Made by a program: the position numbers and the translations under genes. DNA of 64,000 nt from an uncultured Acidobacteriota bacterium (lineage in GTDB: Bacteria; Acidobacteriota; Thermoanaerobaculia; Multivoradales; UBA5704), in NCBI GenBank assembly GCA_963770895.1, contig CAVYRF010000002.1, positions 928,001-992,000 of the forward strand. Direction: 5' to 3'. The notes beneath the pieces were generated by a model that saw only the letters and a program-made list of their open reading frames with translations, was not told where the DNA came from and made no database searches. Below are positions 1 to 10,226 of the stretch, in pieces. How positions within the stretch are numbered: the first letter of the stretch is position 1; every line of letters begins with the position of its first letter.

Positions 1-4
1 GGCG

Positions 5-502
5 GTGGCGGCGGGCTACGTTCCCGACCCCGACCCGCCGCGCCTGGGCGGCGGCCGCTTCGTCGCCGGCGACCTGGCCACCTGGCGCCACGGCGAGCTG
101 GCGCTGCTGGGGCGGCAGGACGGCCTGGTCAACATCAAGGGCAGGAAGGTGAATCCGCGCGAGGTGGAAGCGGTGTTGGCGGAGCTCGCCGGCGTCGACG
201 AAGCGGTGGTGCTGGGGATGGAGGTTCCCGGCCGCCAGGGCGAGGTGCTGCGCGCCGTCATCGCCTGCCGGCCGGGGCGGCTGACCTCGGACCAGGTGCT
301 CAACTGGTGCCGCGACCGGCTGGCGGCGCACAAAGTGCCGCGCAGCCTGATCCTGGTGCCGCAGATCCCGCGCACCGCGCGCGGCAAGCTCGATCGCCAG
401 GCGCTGTGTGCGCTGCGCCCCGCGGCGGCGCAAACCGCCGCCGGCCAGCCGCCGGCCACGCCGCCATCAGCGGCCCCACCGAGGGACCGCGGGCGGCGTT
501 AG
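5..502 (+). CDS. AMP-binding acyl-CoA synthetase family protein, C-terminal part (5' end outside window)
   Basis: ANL C-terminal motifs GDLA, GRQDGLVNIKGRKVNPREVE, HKVPR, PRTARGKLDR. Confidence 0.85.
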   Translation: MAAGYVPDPDPPRLGGGRFVAGDLATWRHGELALLGRQDGLVNIKGRKVNPREVEAVLAELAGVDEAVVLGMEVPGRQGEVLRAVIACRPGRLTSDQVLNWCRDRLAAHKVPRSLILVPQIPRTARGKLDRQALCALRPAAAQTAAGQPPATPPSAAPPRDRGRR

Positions 503-527
503 CCCGCGCGCGGCACGGTCCACCGCC

Positions 528-1484
528 ATGTCCCTGGTCGAAACGCGGCGTCCTTCGGCAGCTTCGCCAGCTCCGGCCCCGTCCGCATCGGCCCCGCCGG
601 CGCCGGCCGCCGTCCACGGCGAGCGGGCGGACGTGCCGCCCGCGGCGGCGCCGCGGCCCTGGCGCCTGTCGCCGCTGTTGCGCGCTTCGGCGGGACTGCA
701 CGCCGCTGCCGCCGCCGCTGTCGTCGCGGCGCCGGATCGCTGGCCGCTGGCCGCCGCCGCCCTGCTCGGCAACCACGCCGTCATCGCCGGCGCCGGGCTG
801 TGGCCGGCCGGCAGCCTGCTCGGCCCCAACCTGTCGCGCCTCGGCGCCGCCGCGGTGCGCCGCGGCGAGGTGGCACTGACCTTTGACGACGGGCCCGATC
901 CGCAGGTGACCCCGGCGGTGCTGGAGCGGCTTGCCGCCTGGGGAGTCACGGCCTCCTTTTTCGCCATCGGGCGCCGCGCCGAGCGGCACCCGGACCTGGT
1001 CGCCGAGCTGGTGCGCCGCGGCCACCGGGTGGAAAACCACTCCTGGTCGCATTCGCACGCCTTCGCCTTCTTTGTCTCGCCGGTCCTGCGGCGGGAGATC
1101 GCCCGCGCCCAGGACACCTTGCTGCGCCTGGCGGGGCGCCTGCCGCGCTACTTCCGCGCCCCGGCCGGCTTCCGCAGCGTGCTGCTGGAGCGCGAGCTGG
1201 CCGCCGCCGGCCTGCACCTGGTCTCGTGGACCCGGCGCGGCTTCGACACCGTGTCGCGCGACCCGCGCCGGGTTGCCGGGCGGCTGGTCCGCGGGCTGGC
1301 GGCAGGAGATGTGCTGCTGCTTCACGACGGCTCGGCGGCGCGCGACCGCGCCGGCGTGCCGGTGGTGGTCGAAGCGTTGCCGCGGCTGCTCGACCAGCTG
1401 GCGGCGCGCGGATTGCGCGCCGTGCCCCTGGGCGGGGCGACAGAAGGCCAGGCCGGCGACGACCCTGAGGAGGTGGCAGGCTGA
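528..1484 (+). CDS. Polysaccharide deacetylase (NodB/CE4 family)
   Basis: LTFDDGP, ENHSWSH, YFRAPAG and LLLHDG motifs; ATG at 528 chosen after the upstream stop. Confidence 0.9.
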   Translation: MSLVETRRPSAASPAPAPSASAPPAPAAVHGERADVPPAAAPRPWRLSPLLRASAGLHAAAAAAVVAAPDRWPLAAAALLGNHAVIAGAGLWPAGSLLGPNLSRLGAAAVRRGEVALTFDDGPDPQVTPAVLERLAAWGVTASFFAIGRRAERHPDLVAELVRRGHRVENHSWSHSHAFAFFVSPVLRREIARAQDTLLRLAGRLPRYFRAPAGFRSVLLERELAAAGLHLVSWTRRGFDTVSRDPRRVAGRLVRGLAAGDVLLLHDGSAARDRAGVPVVVEALPRLLDQLAARGLRAVPLGGATEGQAGDDPEEVAG

Positions 1485-1486
1485 GC

Positions 1487-2716
1487 GTGATGGCCGAGTC
1501 GGCCGGCCGGCCCGGCGCCAAGCGCAAGCGCCAGCACCGGCTGCGCGAGCTGGTCTATCGCCTGCGCATCGAAGGCGACACGCCCGAGCGCCAGGCGGCC
1601 GCCGTGGCGCTCGGCATCTTCATCGGCTGCACGCCGCTCTACGGGCTGCACCTGGCGCTGTGCATCCTGTGCGCCCGCTGGCTGGGCCTCAACCGGGTGA
1701 AGACCTACCTGGCCGCCCACATCAGCACGCCGGTGTTGATGCCCTTCCTGCTCTTTTTCGAAGTGCAGACCGGGCGTCTCGTGCTCGGCCACCCGCTGCT
1801 GCAGCTCCGCCCTTCGCAGGTACCGCAGCACTGGCACTGGGACGTCGCGCACCTCACCTTCTGGCGCTGGCAGTCCTGGATCGACCTGCTGGTGGGAAGC
1901 GCCGTGCTCGGCGCCGTGCTGGCGGCGCTGCTGGGGCTGCTGACGCTGTGGGTGCTGCACCGCGCGCGCCGGGCTCCCGACGTCGAATCGCTGATCGAAG
2001 CCACCGCGCACCGCTACCTGGACGCCGGCCTGCTGCAATGTGAAACGGTGCGCGGCAAGCTCCGCCACGATCCGATCTACTTCGCGCTGCTGCGCGACGG
2101 CAGGCTGCCGTGCGCGGGGCGGCTGGTGGACCTGGGCTGTGGCCGCGGTACCGCGATGGCGGTGCTCGCCGCGGCGCGCGACCGGCACGAGCGCGGCGTG
2201 GCCCCCGACGGCTGGCCGGCGCCACCGGCCCTGCACCTGCTCGGTCTGGAGGGTTCGCCGGCCAAGGTCGAGGTGGCGCGGACCGGCCTGGGGGGGCGCG
2301 CCGAGGTGCAGCTGGCCGACCTGTGCACGGCGGCGATCCCCGAGGCCGACGTCATCCTGCTGATCGACGTGCTGCACTACCTGCCGCCGGCCGCGCAGGA
2401 GCGCCTGCTGGCGCGAGCCGCGGCGGCCCTGGCACCGGGCGGCAGCCTCTTCCTGCGCGAGGCCGACGCGGCGGGCGGCTGGCGCTTCCAGGGCATCCGC
2501 GCCGCCGAAGCCGTCATGGCCTGCCTGCGCCGCAACTGGCCGCAATGCCGGCGCGGCTTCCACTACCGTTCGCAGGCCGCCTGGACGGCGCTGCTGACCG
2601 CCCACGGCCTGACCGCCGGCCCCATGCCCATGGCGCCGATGTCGGGCCACGCCCCCTACGCCAACGTCCTGCTGCAAGCCACCCGCGCCGCCGCCAGCCC
2701 GATGCAGGAAGCCTAG
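1487..2716 (+). CDS. DUF2062 membrane domain fused to class I SAM-dependent methyltransferase
   Basis: N-terminal TPERQAAAVALGIFIGCTPLYGLH; C-terminal VDLGCGRG and LIDVLHYL. Confidence 0.85.
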   Translation: MMAESAGRPGAKRKRQHRLRELVYRLRIEGDTPERQAAAVALGIFIGCTPLYGLHLALCILCARWLGLNRVKTYLAAHISTPVLMPFLLFFEVQTGRLVLGHPLLQLRPSQVPQHWHWDVAHLTFWRWQSWIDLLVGSAVLGAVLAALLGLLTLWVLHRARRAPDVESLIEATAHRYLDAGLLQCETVRGKLRHDPIYFALLRDGRLPCAGRLVDLGCGRGTAMAVLAAARDRHERGVAPDGWPAPPALHLLGLEGSPAKVEVARTGLGGRAEVQLADLCTAAIPEADVILLIDVLHYLPPAAQERLLARAAAALAPGGSLFLREADAAGGWRFQGIRAAEAVMACLRRNWPQCRRGFHYRSQAAWTALLTAHGLTAGPMPMAPMSGHAPYANVLLQATRAAASPMQEA

Positions 2717-2729
2717 TGTCCCGCTCGGG

Positions 2730-3974
2730 TCAGCCGGGCAGGCCGACGGTGACGCGCAGGTCGTCCGGCCGCAGGTGGCGGCGGGCGGCCGCGGCCAGGG
2801 TCGGCTGATCCAGGGCCCGCAGATCGGCGGCGCGGCGGGCGGGGTCGTCCAGAGGCAAGCCGTACTGCTCGGCCTCCAGCAGGATGTCCGCCCACTGGCG
2901 GGCGGTCTCCTGGCGGAACGGCTCGCGCCCCAGCAGGTAGGAGCGGGCGTCTTCCAGCTCGCGGTCGGTGATGCCGTCTTCGGCCAGGCGGGCGATCTCC
3001 TCGATGACGCCGCGCTCCGCCTTCTCGACGGTATCGAGCGAGGTGCCGACGTAGGCCAGCAAGCGGCCGGGGTCCTCTCCCGCCCCCGCCACGGTCTGGG
3101 CGTAGGCGGTATAGGCCAGGCCTTCGCGCTCGCGGATACGCTCGGGGATGCGGCCGGTCAGGCCGGCGCCCGAGCCCAGCACCACCGCCAGCAGCTCCAG
3201 CGCCGTGTAGTCCGGGTGGCGGCGCGGCACCGTCAGATGGCCGATGTAGAGGTGCGCCTGGTCCGCCGACTCGACCGTCACCTGGTGGCGGCGCTGCGGC
3301 AGACCGCGCGGCGCGACGGGCGGCGCAAAGGGCTCCGCCGCGGGGATGCGGCCGGCGAACAGCTCCTGCAGGCGCCGCTCGACGGCGTCTTCGTCGATCA
3401 CTCCGGCTACCGCGGCGATGACGCCGCCGGCCAGGGCGCGGCCGTGCAGCGCCGTGCAGTCCGCCGCCGTCACCCGCAGCAGGCTCGCGGTATCGCCGTG
3501 GATCGGGCGGCTGCGGGGGTGCGGCGCGTACAGGTGCTCCAGGAAGGCCCACGCGGTCTTCACGTCCGGCTGGTCGGCCAGCCCTTCCAGCTCCGCCGCC
3601 GCCTGGCGGCCCAGCCAGTCGCAGCGGTCCGCCGGGAACGACGGCGCCAGCATCAGCTCCGCCCCCCACGCCAGCGCCAGCTCCCAATCGGGCGCCAGGG
3701 CGTCGATGTTGACGCCGTGCCCCTCGAACGAGCCGAAGCTGGACAGCTCCATGCCGCGGTCCTCGGCGTCCGTGGCGATGCGCTGCCAGTCGCGCTGCAG
3801 GGTGCCCTCTTCGAGCATGCGCCCGGTCAGCAGACCCTGGCCGGGAATGGTTTCGACGCGGGTGCCGGCGTCCAGCCACAGGCGCACCGCGACGATCGGC
3901 GCGCCCTCGACGCGGCGCACGCGCGTGGCAAAACCCGTACGGGGTCGCGGCGGTTGCGGAGCGGGAGGCGTCAT
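2730..3974 (-). CDS. M16 (pitrilysin) family peptidase-like subunit lacking HxxEH
   Basis: LTGRMLEEGT, LYAPHPRSRP, RIREREGLAY; start overlaps upstream stop. Confidence 0.85.
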   Translation of the reverse strand: MTPPAPQPPRPRTGFATRVRRVEGAPIVAVRLWLDAGTRVETIPGQGLLTGRMLEEGTLQRDWQRIATDAEDRGMELSSFGSFEGHGVNIDALAPDWELALAWGAELMLAPSFPADRCDWLGRQAAAELEGLADQPDVKTAWAFLEHLYAPHPRSRPIHGDTASLLRVTAADCTALHGRALAGGVIAAVAGVIDEDAVERRLQELFAGRIPAAEPFAPPVAPRGLPQRRHQVTVESADQAHLYIGHLTVPRRHPDYTALELLAVVLGSGAGLTGRIPERIREREGLAYTAYAQTVAGAGEDPGRLLAYVGTSLDTVEKAERGVIEEIARLAEDGITDRELEDARSYLLGREPFRQETARQWADILLEAEQYGLPLDDPARRAADLRALDQPTLAAAARRHLRPDDLRVTVGLPG

Positions 3975-5413
3975 TGCTGGCGCGGCAGCGACCAGCCGAG
4001 GACGCTCCCCAGCTCGGGACGCAGGTAGCGGCGCGCCGCCTCGTGCAGGTCCGCGGGGCCGGTGGCGAGCAGGCGCCGCAGCTGGCGGTCCAGATGGTCG
4101 GCGTCGAACAGCGCCAGGGCGACGGCCAGGGAGAGCGCCTGCTGCTCGATCTTTTCGTGGTGGATCACCCAGTCGGCAAGCGCCACCTGGCGCGCGCGCT
4201 CCACCTCCTCGGCGGGCGGCGGCGCCGCGGTCAGCTCGGCCAGCAGGCGCAGCACTTCGGATTCGACGCGCGCCGGAGCGATGCCCGGCACCAGCTCGGC
4301 GGCGATCGTCAGGTGACCGACGTCCAGGGCTTCGACCACTTCGGCCTGCACCCAGCTGCACAGCTGCCCTTCGTCCACCAGCGTGCGGTAGAGCCGGCTG
4401 GTGCGGCCGCTGCCCAGAAGCGTCGCCAGCAGGCGCACCACCGGAAAGTCGGCGGCGTCGCCCGCCGGCACCGGCAGCGACAGCATCATGCGCGGCACCT
4501 CGCCCTTGTGCCGGCGCAGCCGCGCCATCCCGGCCAGGCGCACGACCGGCGGCGTGGCGGCGGCGCGGTGCGGCTGGCCAGGGCCCGCGTCGTCGTCGTA
4601 GGCAGCGTCGGCGCCGGCGGAGGGGTGCGAAGCATCGGCGGCACGCCCAGGCAACCAGCCAAGGTGGCGCTCGACCTCGGCCATGGCGTCGGCGGCCAGG
4701 TCGCCGGCCACCACCAACACGGCGTTGTCGGGGCGATAGAGGCGGCGCTGGAACGCGGCCAGGTGCTTGCGGCCGCTGGCGCGCAGCTCGCCGCGTGCGC
4801 CCAGCACCGGCCGGCCGTAGGGGTGGCCGCGGAACAGACGCTTCTGCACCGCTACTTCCAGCGCATCCCACGGCTCGCTGTCGTACATGGCGATCTCTTC
4901 GAGGATCACCTGGCGCTCGCTCGCCACCTGGGTGGGATCGAGCGCCAGCGCCGACATGCGGTCGGCTTCGATCGCCAGGGCTTCGGTCCAGCGGTCGGCG
5001 GCGAAGCTGAAGTAGTAGGTCGTGGCGTCGTGGCTGGTGAAGGCGTTGTTGGAACCGCCCAGCGCCTGGGTGCGGCGGTCGATCTCGCCGGCGCCGTACA
5101 CCTTGGCGCCCTTGAACATCATGTGCTCCAGGAAATGCGCTACGCCGCCGTGCCCCGCGACCTCGTCGCGGGTGCCGGCGCGGAAGGTGAGCGCGGTGGT
5201 GACCACCGGCGCCTGGCGATTCTCCACCAGGCACACCGTCAGGCCGTTGGCCAGCCGCGTCAGCCGCCGCCGGCCCGGAATGCACGACTCGCCCAGCAGC
5301 GCCGGCAGCGCCGCGGCGGCGCCCGCCAGGGGAGCGCCGAGGGGCGCCACGGCGGCCGCGGGCGATTCGCGCCGCCGGCCGCGACGGCGCTCCGGGAAGG
5401 AAACCGGCTTCAT
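3971..5413 (-). CDS. M16 (pitrilysin) family zinc peptidase, catalytic subunit
   Basis: GVAHFLEHMMFKG (HxxEH), NAFTSHDATTY, HPYGRPVLG; start uncertain. Confidence 0.9.
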   Translation of the reverse strand: MKPVSFPERRRGRRRESPAAAVAPLGAPLAGAAAALPALLGESCIPGRRRLTRLANGLTVCLVENRQAPVVTTALTFRAGTRDEVAGHGGVAHFLEHMMFKGAKVYGAGEIDRRTQALGGSNNAFTSHDATTYYFSFAADRWTEALAIEADRMSALALDPTQVASERQVILEEIAMYDSEPWDALEVAVQKRLFRGHPYGRPVLGARGELRASGRKHLAAFQRRLYRPDNAVLVVAGDLAADAMAEVERHLGWLPGRAADASHPSAGADAAYDDDAGPGQPHRAAATPPVVRLAGMARLRRHKGEVPRMMLSLPVPAGDAADFPVVRLLATLLGSGRTSRLYRTLVDEGQLCSWVQAEVVEALDVGHLTIAAELVPGIAPARVESEVLRLLAELTAAPPPAEEVERARQVALADWVIHHEKIEQQALSLAVALALFDADHLDRQLRRLLATGPADLHEAARRYLRPELGSVLGWSLPRQQ

Positions 5414-5418
5414 CACTA

Positions 5419-8292
5419 CTAGCCGCCGTTCTCGCGCACCAGGTTGACGTCGATCTTCTGCCGCGCCTTGTCGGCCCCCGGATTCACCTCGACGGCCAGG
5501 TCCCGGCGGCTGTAGCCGGGCGACACCACCGTCACCCGGTGCGTCCCCGGCGGCAGGCTCAGCCATTCGTCCGGATGACCGAAGCGGCCGGCATAGCGCT
5601 TTGCAGGCCCGACCGTGGCGCCGTCCACCAGGATCACGGCATTGACGTCGGGCTGCACGTGCAGGGCGATCGAATCGCGCACCTGGATGGTCTGCAGATC
5701 GGGCATCTCGATCTGGGCGGCGGGCAGCGGTTGCAGGTTGACCACCACCGGCGTGGTGCCGCGGGTGGCGGTCGCCTCGACGCTGATGCGGTAATCCTTC
5801 ATCCCCGCCTTCTTGATTTTGACCAGGTGCGAGCCCGCCTCGGGCAGCATGAAGGAGCGCTCCCCCTTCTGCCCGCTCCACTCCTCGGCCTTGCCGATGA
5901 CCGCGCCGTCGAGCAGCACGAAGGCGTCGGGAGGGTTGACCCGGAACGCCAGCTCCAGGCCGCTATGCAGCACCTTGTCGACGGCGGGAGTCGGCGGCGC
6001 CGGCGCACCACCGCGGGTGTCGCCGCCCGTGGCCGTCGTCGCCGTCCGGTCGGCGTCCGCCGCCGGCTGCCGCGAGGGCGGCGGCGCCGCCTGCTCGGAG
6101 GGGGGGACGTAGGGCGGCGGCGAGGCGGCGGCCGAGCGCGAGGCGCGCGTGCCGGGCGTGCCGTCCGCGGCGCGCGGGGCGGCGGCGCCAGCGCCGGAGC
6201 GCGACGCCGGCGGCGGCGGCGGGGGGGGCGAAGCGGCGGTCCCGCCGCTCGAGGTTCCGGCCGCGGCGGTCGCGCCGGCCGGGCCGGAGGTGCCGGTGCC
6301 GTTGGCCCCGGAGCCCGCGACGGTCGGGCTGCCAGCCAGCCGCGGCGGCGCGCCGCCGGCGCGCGAACCGGGCGACACTCCCCCGGCGCCGGTGCCGCCG
6401 CCCACGCTCGCCGGGCCGCCGGCGCCCGACGGCGCCGCCGGCCCGCGCGATCCGCCTGCCGAGCCGACCGGGCCGGGGGCGATCGCATCACCCACCCCGG
6501 CGGCGGCGCTCGGCGTGCCGTTGGCGGTCCCGCCCGCGCCGACGGCCCCGCCGGTCGACGCCGCGCCCGAAGCGGAGCCGGCGTCAGCCGCCGTGCTCCC
6601 GGCCGTCGGCGTCGCGGCCGTCACCGTGGCATCGGCCCCCCCTGGACGCAGGTAGCGCTGCCAGAACCAGTACCCGCCGACGGCGACCGCCGAAAAGAAC
6701 AGCAGCAGCAGCGCCGCCACCAGCAGCAACACCTTGGCCCCCGTCCCGCGCCGCGCCGCCACGGCGGCACCGCCGGGCGGGGGTGCCCCGGGGATCGCGG
6801 GCGCCGGCAGGGGCGATCCGGCCGCCGGTGCCGTGGCCGTGGCGGCCGCCGGCGAGCTGCCGCTCACCCCGGCCGGCCCGGCGGCGGCGGCGCCGGGAAA
6901 TGCCCGTAAGGGAGTGCCGGCCGGCGCAGGCGGCGCGCCCGCTCCAGCGGCCTGTTGGGCAGCCGCTGCGGCAACACCGCCGCTGGCCGCTGCGGCCGGC
7001 AGCCCGCCGGACCCCGCCAGGCCGCCGCCCGGCAGCGACCGCGACGGCATGACGCGCGTGGCATCGAGCACGTCGGCGGGCGGCGCCGCCGGCGCGGCCA
7101 GCACGGCGTCTGGCAGCTCGCGCTCGATCGCCGCCAGCTCCTGGGCGACGCCGGCGGCGGTCGAGATCCGCTCATCCCGCTCCTTGGCCATCATCTGGTG
7201 CAGCAGCTGCTCGATCTGCAGCGGCACCGATCGCAGCTCGGCGATCGACGGCTCCTTGTGCAGGATCTGGTAGACCAGGGTGGTGATCGTTTCGCCGTCG
7301 AACGGGCGCCGTCCCGACAGCATCTCGTAGAGCACCACGCCGAGCGAAAAGATGTCGCTGCGGCCGTCCAGCTCGTCGCCGCGGATCTGCTCGGGCGAAA
7401 GGTACTGCGGGCTTCCCATCACCGACCCGGCGACGGTCAGCTCGGTGTTCTGGCCCGCCACCTTGGCGATGCCGAAGTCCGCCACCTTCACGTGTCCCTG
7501 CAGATCGATCAGGATGTTGCTCGGCTTGATGTCGCGGTGCACGATGCCCTGGCGATGGGCGTAGTCGAGCGCCTCGGCGACCGAGCGCACGATGCGCAGC
7601 ACCTCGCGCAGCGCCAGCGGCGGCGCGGCATCCAGCCGGCTGGCCAGGTCGCAGCCTTCGACAAACTCGAAGGCAAGGTACAGCAGCCCCTCCGCTTCGC
7701 CGGTGTCGAACAGCGTCACCACGTTCGGGTGCAGCAGGCGGCCCGCGGCGCGCGCTTCGCGCAGCAGCCGCCGCTTGCGGTCCTCGATGTCCTGCGGCCG
7801 CCCACCCGCCAGGCGCACCGTCTTGATCGCCAGCTGGCGTTCGATGTGGGGGTCCTCGGCCAGGTACACCTCGCCCATCGCACCGGCGCCGAGGAAGCGC
7901 ACGATGCGGTAGCGACCTACAAGCTGGCCGCTGGCGAGCGTGCTCATCGCTTGCCGAACGTCTCCGGGTTCCGCGGTATTTTCCGCGCCGTCCGTGCCGG
8001 CCATGGGATCGCCCGCGTCGTCTTCATCGGGCTCATCCGGCAGGGACGCGGCCTTTTCCTGCAGGTCGAGCGCCGCCAGGGCCTCTTCGAGGCGGTCCTT
8101 CGGGACCCGCACCCGCACCTCCCCCAGCGCGCCCACATCCACCGGCAGCTCGGAAGCGTGCAGCGACTCCACCTCGGCCGGAATGCCGCTGTTCTGCAGG
8201 AAGCCGACGATCAGGACCGCCTCTTCGTTGGTCTCGACGACCTTGGCGGTCCCCCACTCTTGTGTGTTCCCCGGTTGTTCAGACATCGGCAC
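5419..8292 (-). CDS. Membrane Ser/Thr (Hanks-type) protein kinase with low-complexity linker and C-terminal PEGA-like domains; in-frame N-terminal DUF2007-like segment (kinase may start at ATG 7947)
   Basis: LGAGAMGEVY, AIK, HRDIKPSN, DFGIAK, YLSPEQ, DIFSLG; TM helix VLLLVAALLLLFFSAVAVGGYWFW. Confidence 0.9.
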   Translation of the reverse strand: MPMSEQPGNTQEWGTAKVVETNEEAVLIVGFLQNSGIPAEVESLHASELPVDVGALGEVRVRVPKDRLEEALAALDLQEKAASLPDEPDEDDAGDPMAGTDGAENTAEPGDVRQAMSTLASGQLVGRYRIVRFLGAGAMGEVYLAEDPHIERQLAIKTVRLAGGRPQDIEDRKRRLLREARAAGRLLHPNVVTLFDTGEAEGLLYLAFEFVEGCDLASRLDAAPPLALREVLRIVRSVAEALDYAHRQGIVHRDIKPSNILIDLQGHVKVADFGIAKVAGQNTELTVAGSVMGSPQYLSPEQIRGDELDGRSDIFSLGVVLYEMLSGRRPFDGETITTLVYQILHKEPSIAELRSVPLQIEQLLHQMMAKERDERISTAAGVAQELAAIERELPDAVLAAPAAPPADVLDATRVMPSRSLPGGGLAGSGGLPAAAASGGVAAAAAQQAAGAGAPPAPAGTPLRAFPGAAAAGPAGVSGSSPAAATATAPAAGSPLPAPAIPGAPPPGGAAVAARRGTGAKVLLLVAALLLLFFSAVAVGGYWFWQRYLRPGGADATVTAATPTAGSTAADAGSASGAASTGGAVGAGGTANGTPSAAAGVGDAIAPGPVGSAGGSRGPAAPSGAGGPASVGGGTGAGGVSPGSRAGGAPPRLAGSPTVAGSGANGTGTSGPAGATAAAGTSSGGTAASPPPPPPPASRSGAGAAAPRAADGTPGTRASRSAAASPPPYVPPSEQAAPPPSRQPAADADRTATTATGGDTRGGAPAPPTPAVDKVLHSGLELAFRVNPPDAFVLLDGAVIGKAEEWSGQKGERSFMLPEAGSHLVKIKKAGMKDYRISVEATATRGTTPVVVNLQPLPAAQIEMPDLQTIQVRDSIALHVQPDVNAVILVDGATVGPAKRYAGRFGHPDEWLSLPPGTHRVTVVSPGYSRRDLAVEVNPGADKARQKIDVNLVRENGG

Positions 8293-8328
8293 CTCCTGAA
8301 ATCCTGGCTGCAGAGCTGGCTGGGGCGA

Positions 8329-9180
8329 TCATACAGCAGCCGTTCCGACCGCCTCCTCAAGGGTGTAGGGTGAAACCTGCTGCCGCGGATACAAGTGGCG
8401 ACTGAGCTCGGCAAAACGTTCCAACTGCGGCTGCCAGCGGTGGTGCGACACCACCACGGCGCGGCTGCCGACTTCGATCCAGTTGCAGGTATTCAGGTCG
8501 CGCTCGCAGCCGCGGCCGCGGCTGGACGTCGAAGTGCCCGAATGCAGGATCAGCACCGGCGGCCGGCCGCTGGGATAGAACTCCTCCGAGCTGCCCAGGT
8601 AGGCGCGATGCAGGTGGCCGGACAGCACCAGGTCGACGCCGGCGGCGGAGAACGCCTCCATCGCGCGGCGCGCATTGACCAGCACCTTTTGCGGACCGAA
8701 GGCCGGCGGCGGGATCAACTGGTGATGCGCCACCACCACCTTGAACAGGGCAGCCGGCGCCGCCGCCAGCAGCGCGCTCACCTCGCGCAGCCGCCGCACG
8801 GTGATGCGGCCGCCCTGCACCGTCCAGCCAAAGGCGGTGTTGACGCCAACCACCAGCATCTCATCGTCGCGGTAGACCGGCTCCAGCTCGGGGCTGAAAT
8901 CGCGGCGGTAGGCGCCGAACGGCGAAAACACCCGTTCCCAGACGCGATACATCGGCACGTCGTGATTGCCGGGCACCACCAGGGTCGGCGCCGGGATCTG
9001 GTCGACGAAGCGACGCGCGGCGCGGAACTGCTCGGGCTTGGCGCGTTGCGTCAGGTCGCCCGAAACCACCACCAGGTCGGGCCGGCGGCTGGCGATCAGC
9101 TCCAGCAAGCCCGCGGCGACGCGCGGCCGGTGCGGCGGCCCAAAATGGACGTCCGAGCAGTGCAGAAGGGTGCGGGTCAC
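8329..9180 (-). CDS. Calcineurin-like metallophosphoesterase
   Basis: SDVHFG, SGDLTQ, PGNHD, AHH, SGHLH motifs. Confidence 0.9.
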   Translation of the reverse strand: MTRTLLHCSDVHFGPPHRPRVAAGLLELIASRRPDLVVVSGDLTQRAKPEQFRAARRFVDQIPAPTLVVPGNHDVPMYRVWERVFSPFGAYRRDFSPELEPVYRDDEMLVVGVNTAFGWTVQGGRITVRRLREVSALLAAAPAALFKVVVAHHQLIPPPAFGPQKVLVNARRAMEAFSAAGVDLVLSGHLHRAYLGSSEEFYPSGRPPVLILHSGTSTSSRGRGCERDLNTCNWIEVGSRAVVVSHHRWQPQLERFAELSRHLYPRQQVSPYTLEEAVGTAAV

Positions 9181-9201
9181 CGTTTCAGCGGCCCGAACCC
9201 A

Positions 9202-9453
9202 TCAGAGCTCGACCTCCTGGCCCAGCATCGAGCTGACGTTCTTGGCCACTTCGGCCGAGGCAAAGCTGCCGATCGCGCTCAGGATCGCCGGGCCCTGGCT
9301 GCGAGCGAGCAGGAAGCCCCCCAACGCCGCCACCGCCAGCGCCGGCAGCGGCCACGCACGCACCACCTCCTGCCAATCCAGCTCCTCGGGCAGCAGCTCG
9401 TCGAGCAGGTCGCTGACGATCGCTTCGGCTTTGGTCGAGATCTTTTCGGGCAT
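9202..9453 (-). CDS. Small hypothetical membrane protein
   Basis: Protein-like composition with one hydrophobic helix; AGGAG upstream of ATG 9453. Confidence 0.65.
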   Translation of the reverse strand: MPEKISTKAEAIVSDLLDELLPEELDWQEVVRAWPLPALAVAALGGFLLARSQGPAILSAIGSFASAEVAKNVSSMLGQEVEL

Positions 9454-9651
9454 CCTGGCGCTCCTGGAAAACGGCGGCGCGATCACGCGGCACCCGCAAC
9501 GCGGGCCGCCGCCGGAAGGCCCGAGACCGGCCTGTTGCCGATCCCGGAGCGGAGCGCAGTATAGCGAACGGCCCGTGCCCCGCCGGTCGCGTCGCAGGCG
9601 CGATCACCTGCAAGTTGACCGCCCAGGCACGGGCGCGCAAGCTACTACTAC

Positions 9652-10038
9652 CTAGTCGTCGTCCTCGGTGTCGCGCCGGCGCAGTACCAAGCCCACCAGA
9701 AAGCCGATCCCGGCGGCGATCAGCACCGACTTGCCGGGGTTTTCGCGCACGTATTCGCCCACGTCGCGGCCCACCCGCTCCACGTCGCGGCGGGCGCGGC
9801 GATAGCCCTTCTGCACCTTGTCCGCCGCATCGTTGTAGGCCGCGCGCGCCACCTTCGCGTTCTTGCGCAGCTCCTTGCGGGCGCGCTCGGCGCTGCGGCG
9901 CACCTCTTTGGAGGCGCTCCGGTACCGGCCCTGCATATCGTCACCCAGACGCTGGAACTTTTCCCGCGCCGCTGCAACTCCATCGGTTACCGCTCCTACC
10001 GCCTTTTCGGCACTTTCGCCGAAGACTGTATCGGCCAT
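9652..10038 (-). CDS. DUF883/ElaB/YqjD family membrane-anchored protein
   Basis: C-terminal YVRENPGKSVLIAAGIGFLVGLVLRRR; AGGAGG upstream. Confidence 0.85.
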   Translation of the reverse strand: MADTVFGESAEKAVGAVTDGVAAAREKFQRLGDDMQGRYRSASKEVRRSAERARKELRKNAKVARAAYNDAADKVQKGYRRARRDVERVGRDVGEYVRENPGKSVLIAAGIGFLVGLVLRRRDTEDDD

Positions 10039-10226
10039 GTCTGCCTCCTGCCTCTAGAGCTCAACTGTTTGACACCATGAGCTTCCCGACGGCCCAGCCG
10101 CGATCCGCCCTGGTCTTGGTTCAATACGTAGCACTTTTCATGCCGGCCCCGTCGAAGGCCGGCGGCACCCGGCGAGCACCGCACGCACTCCTGGTAGACT
10201 GCACCTACCGCCGCACGGATTTGCCG

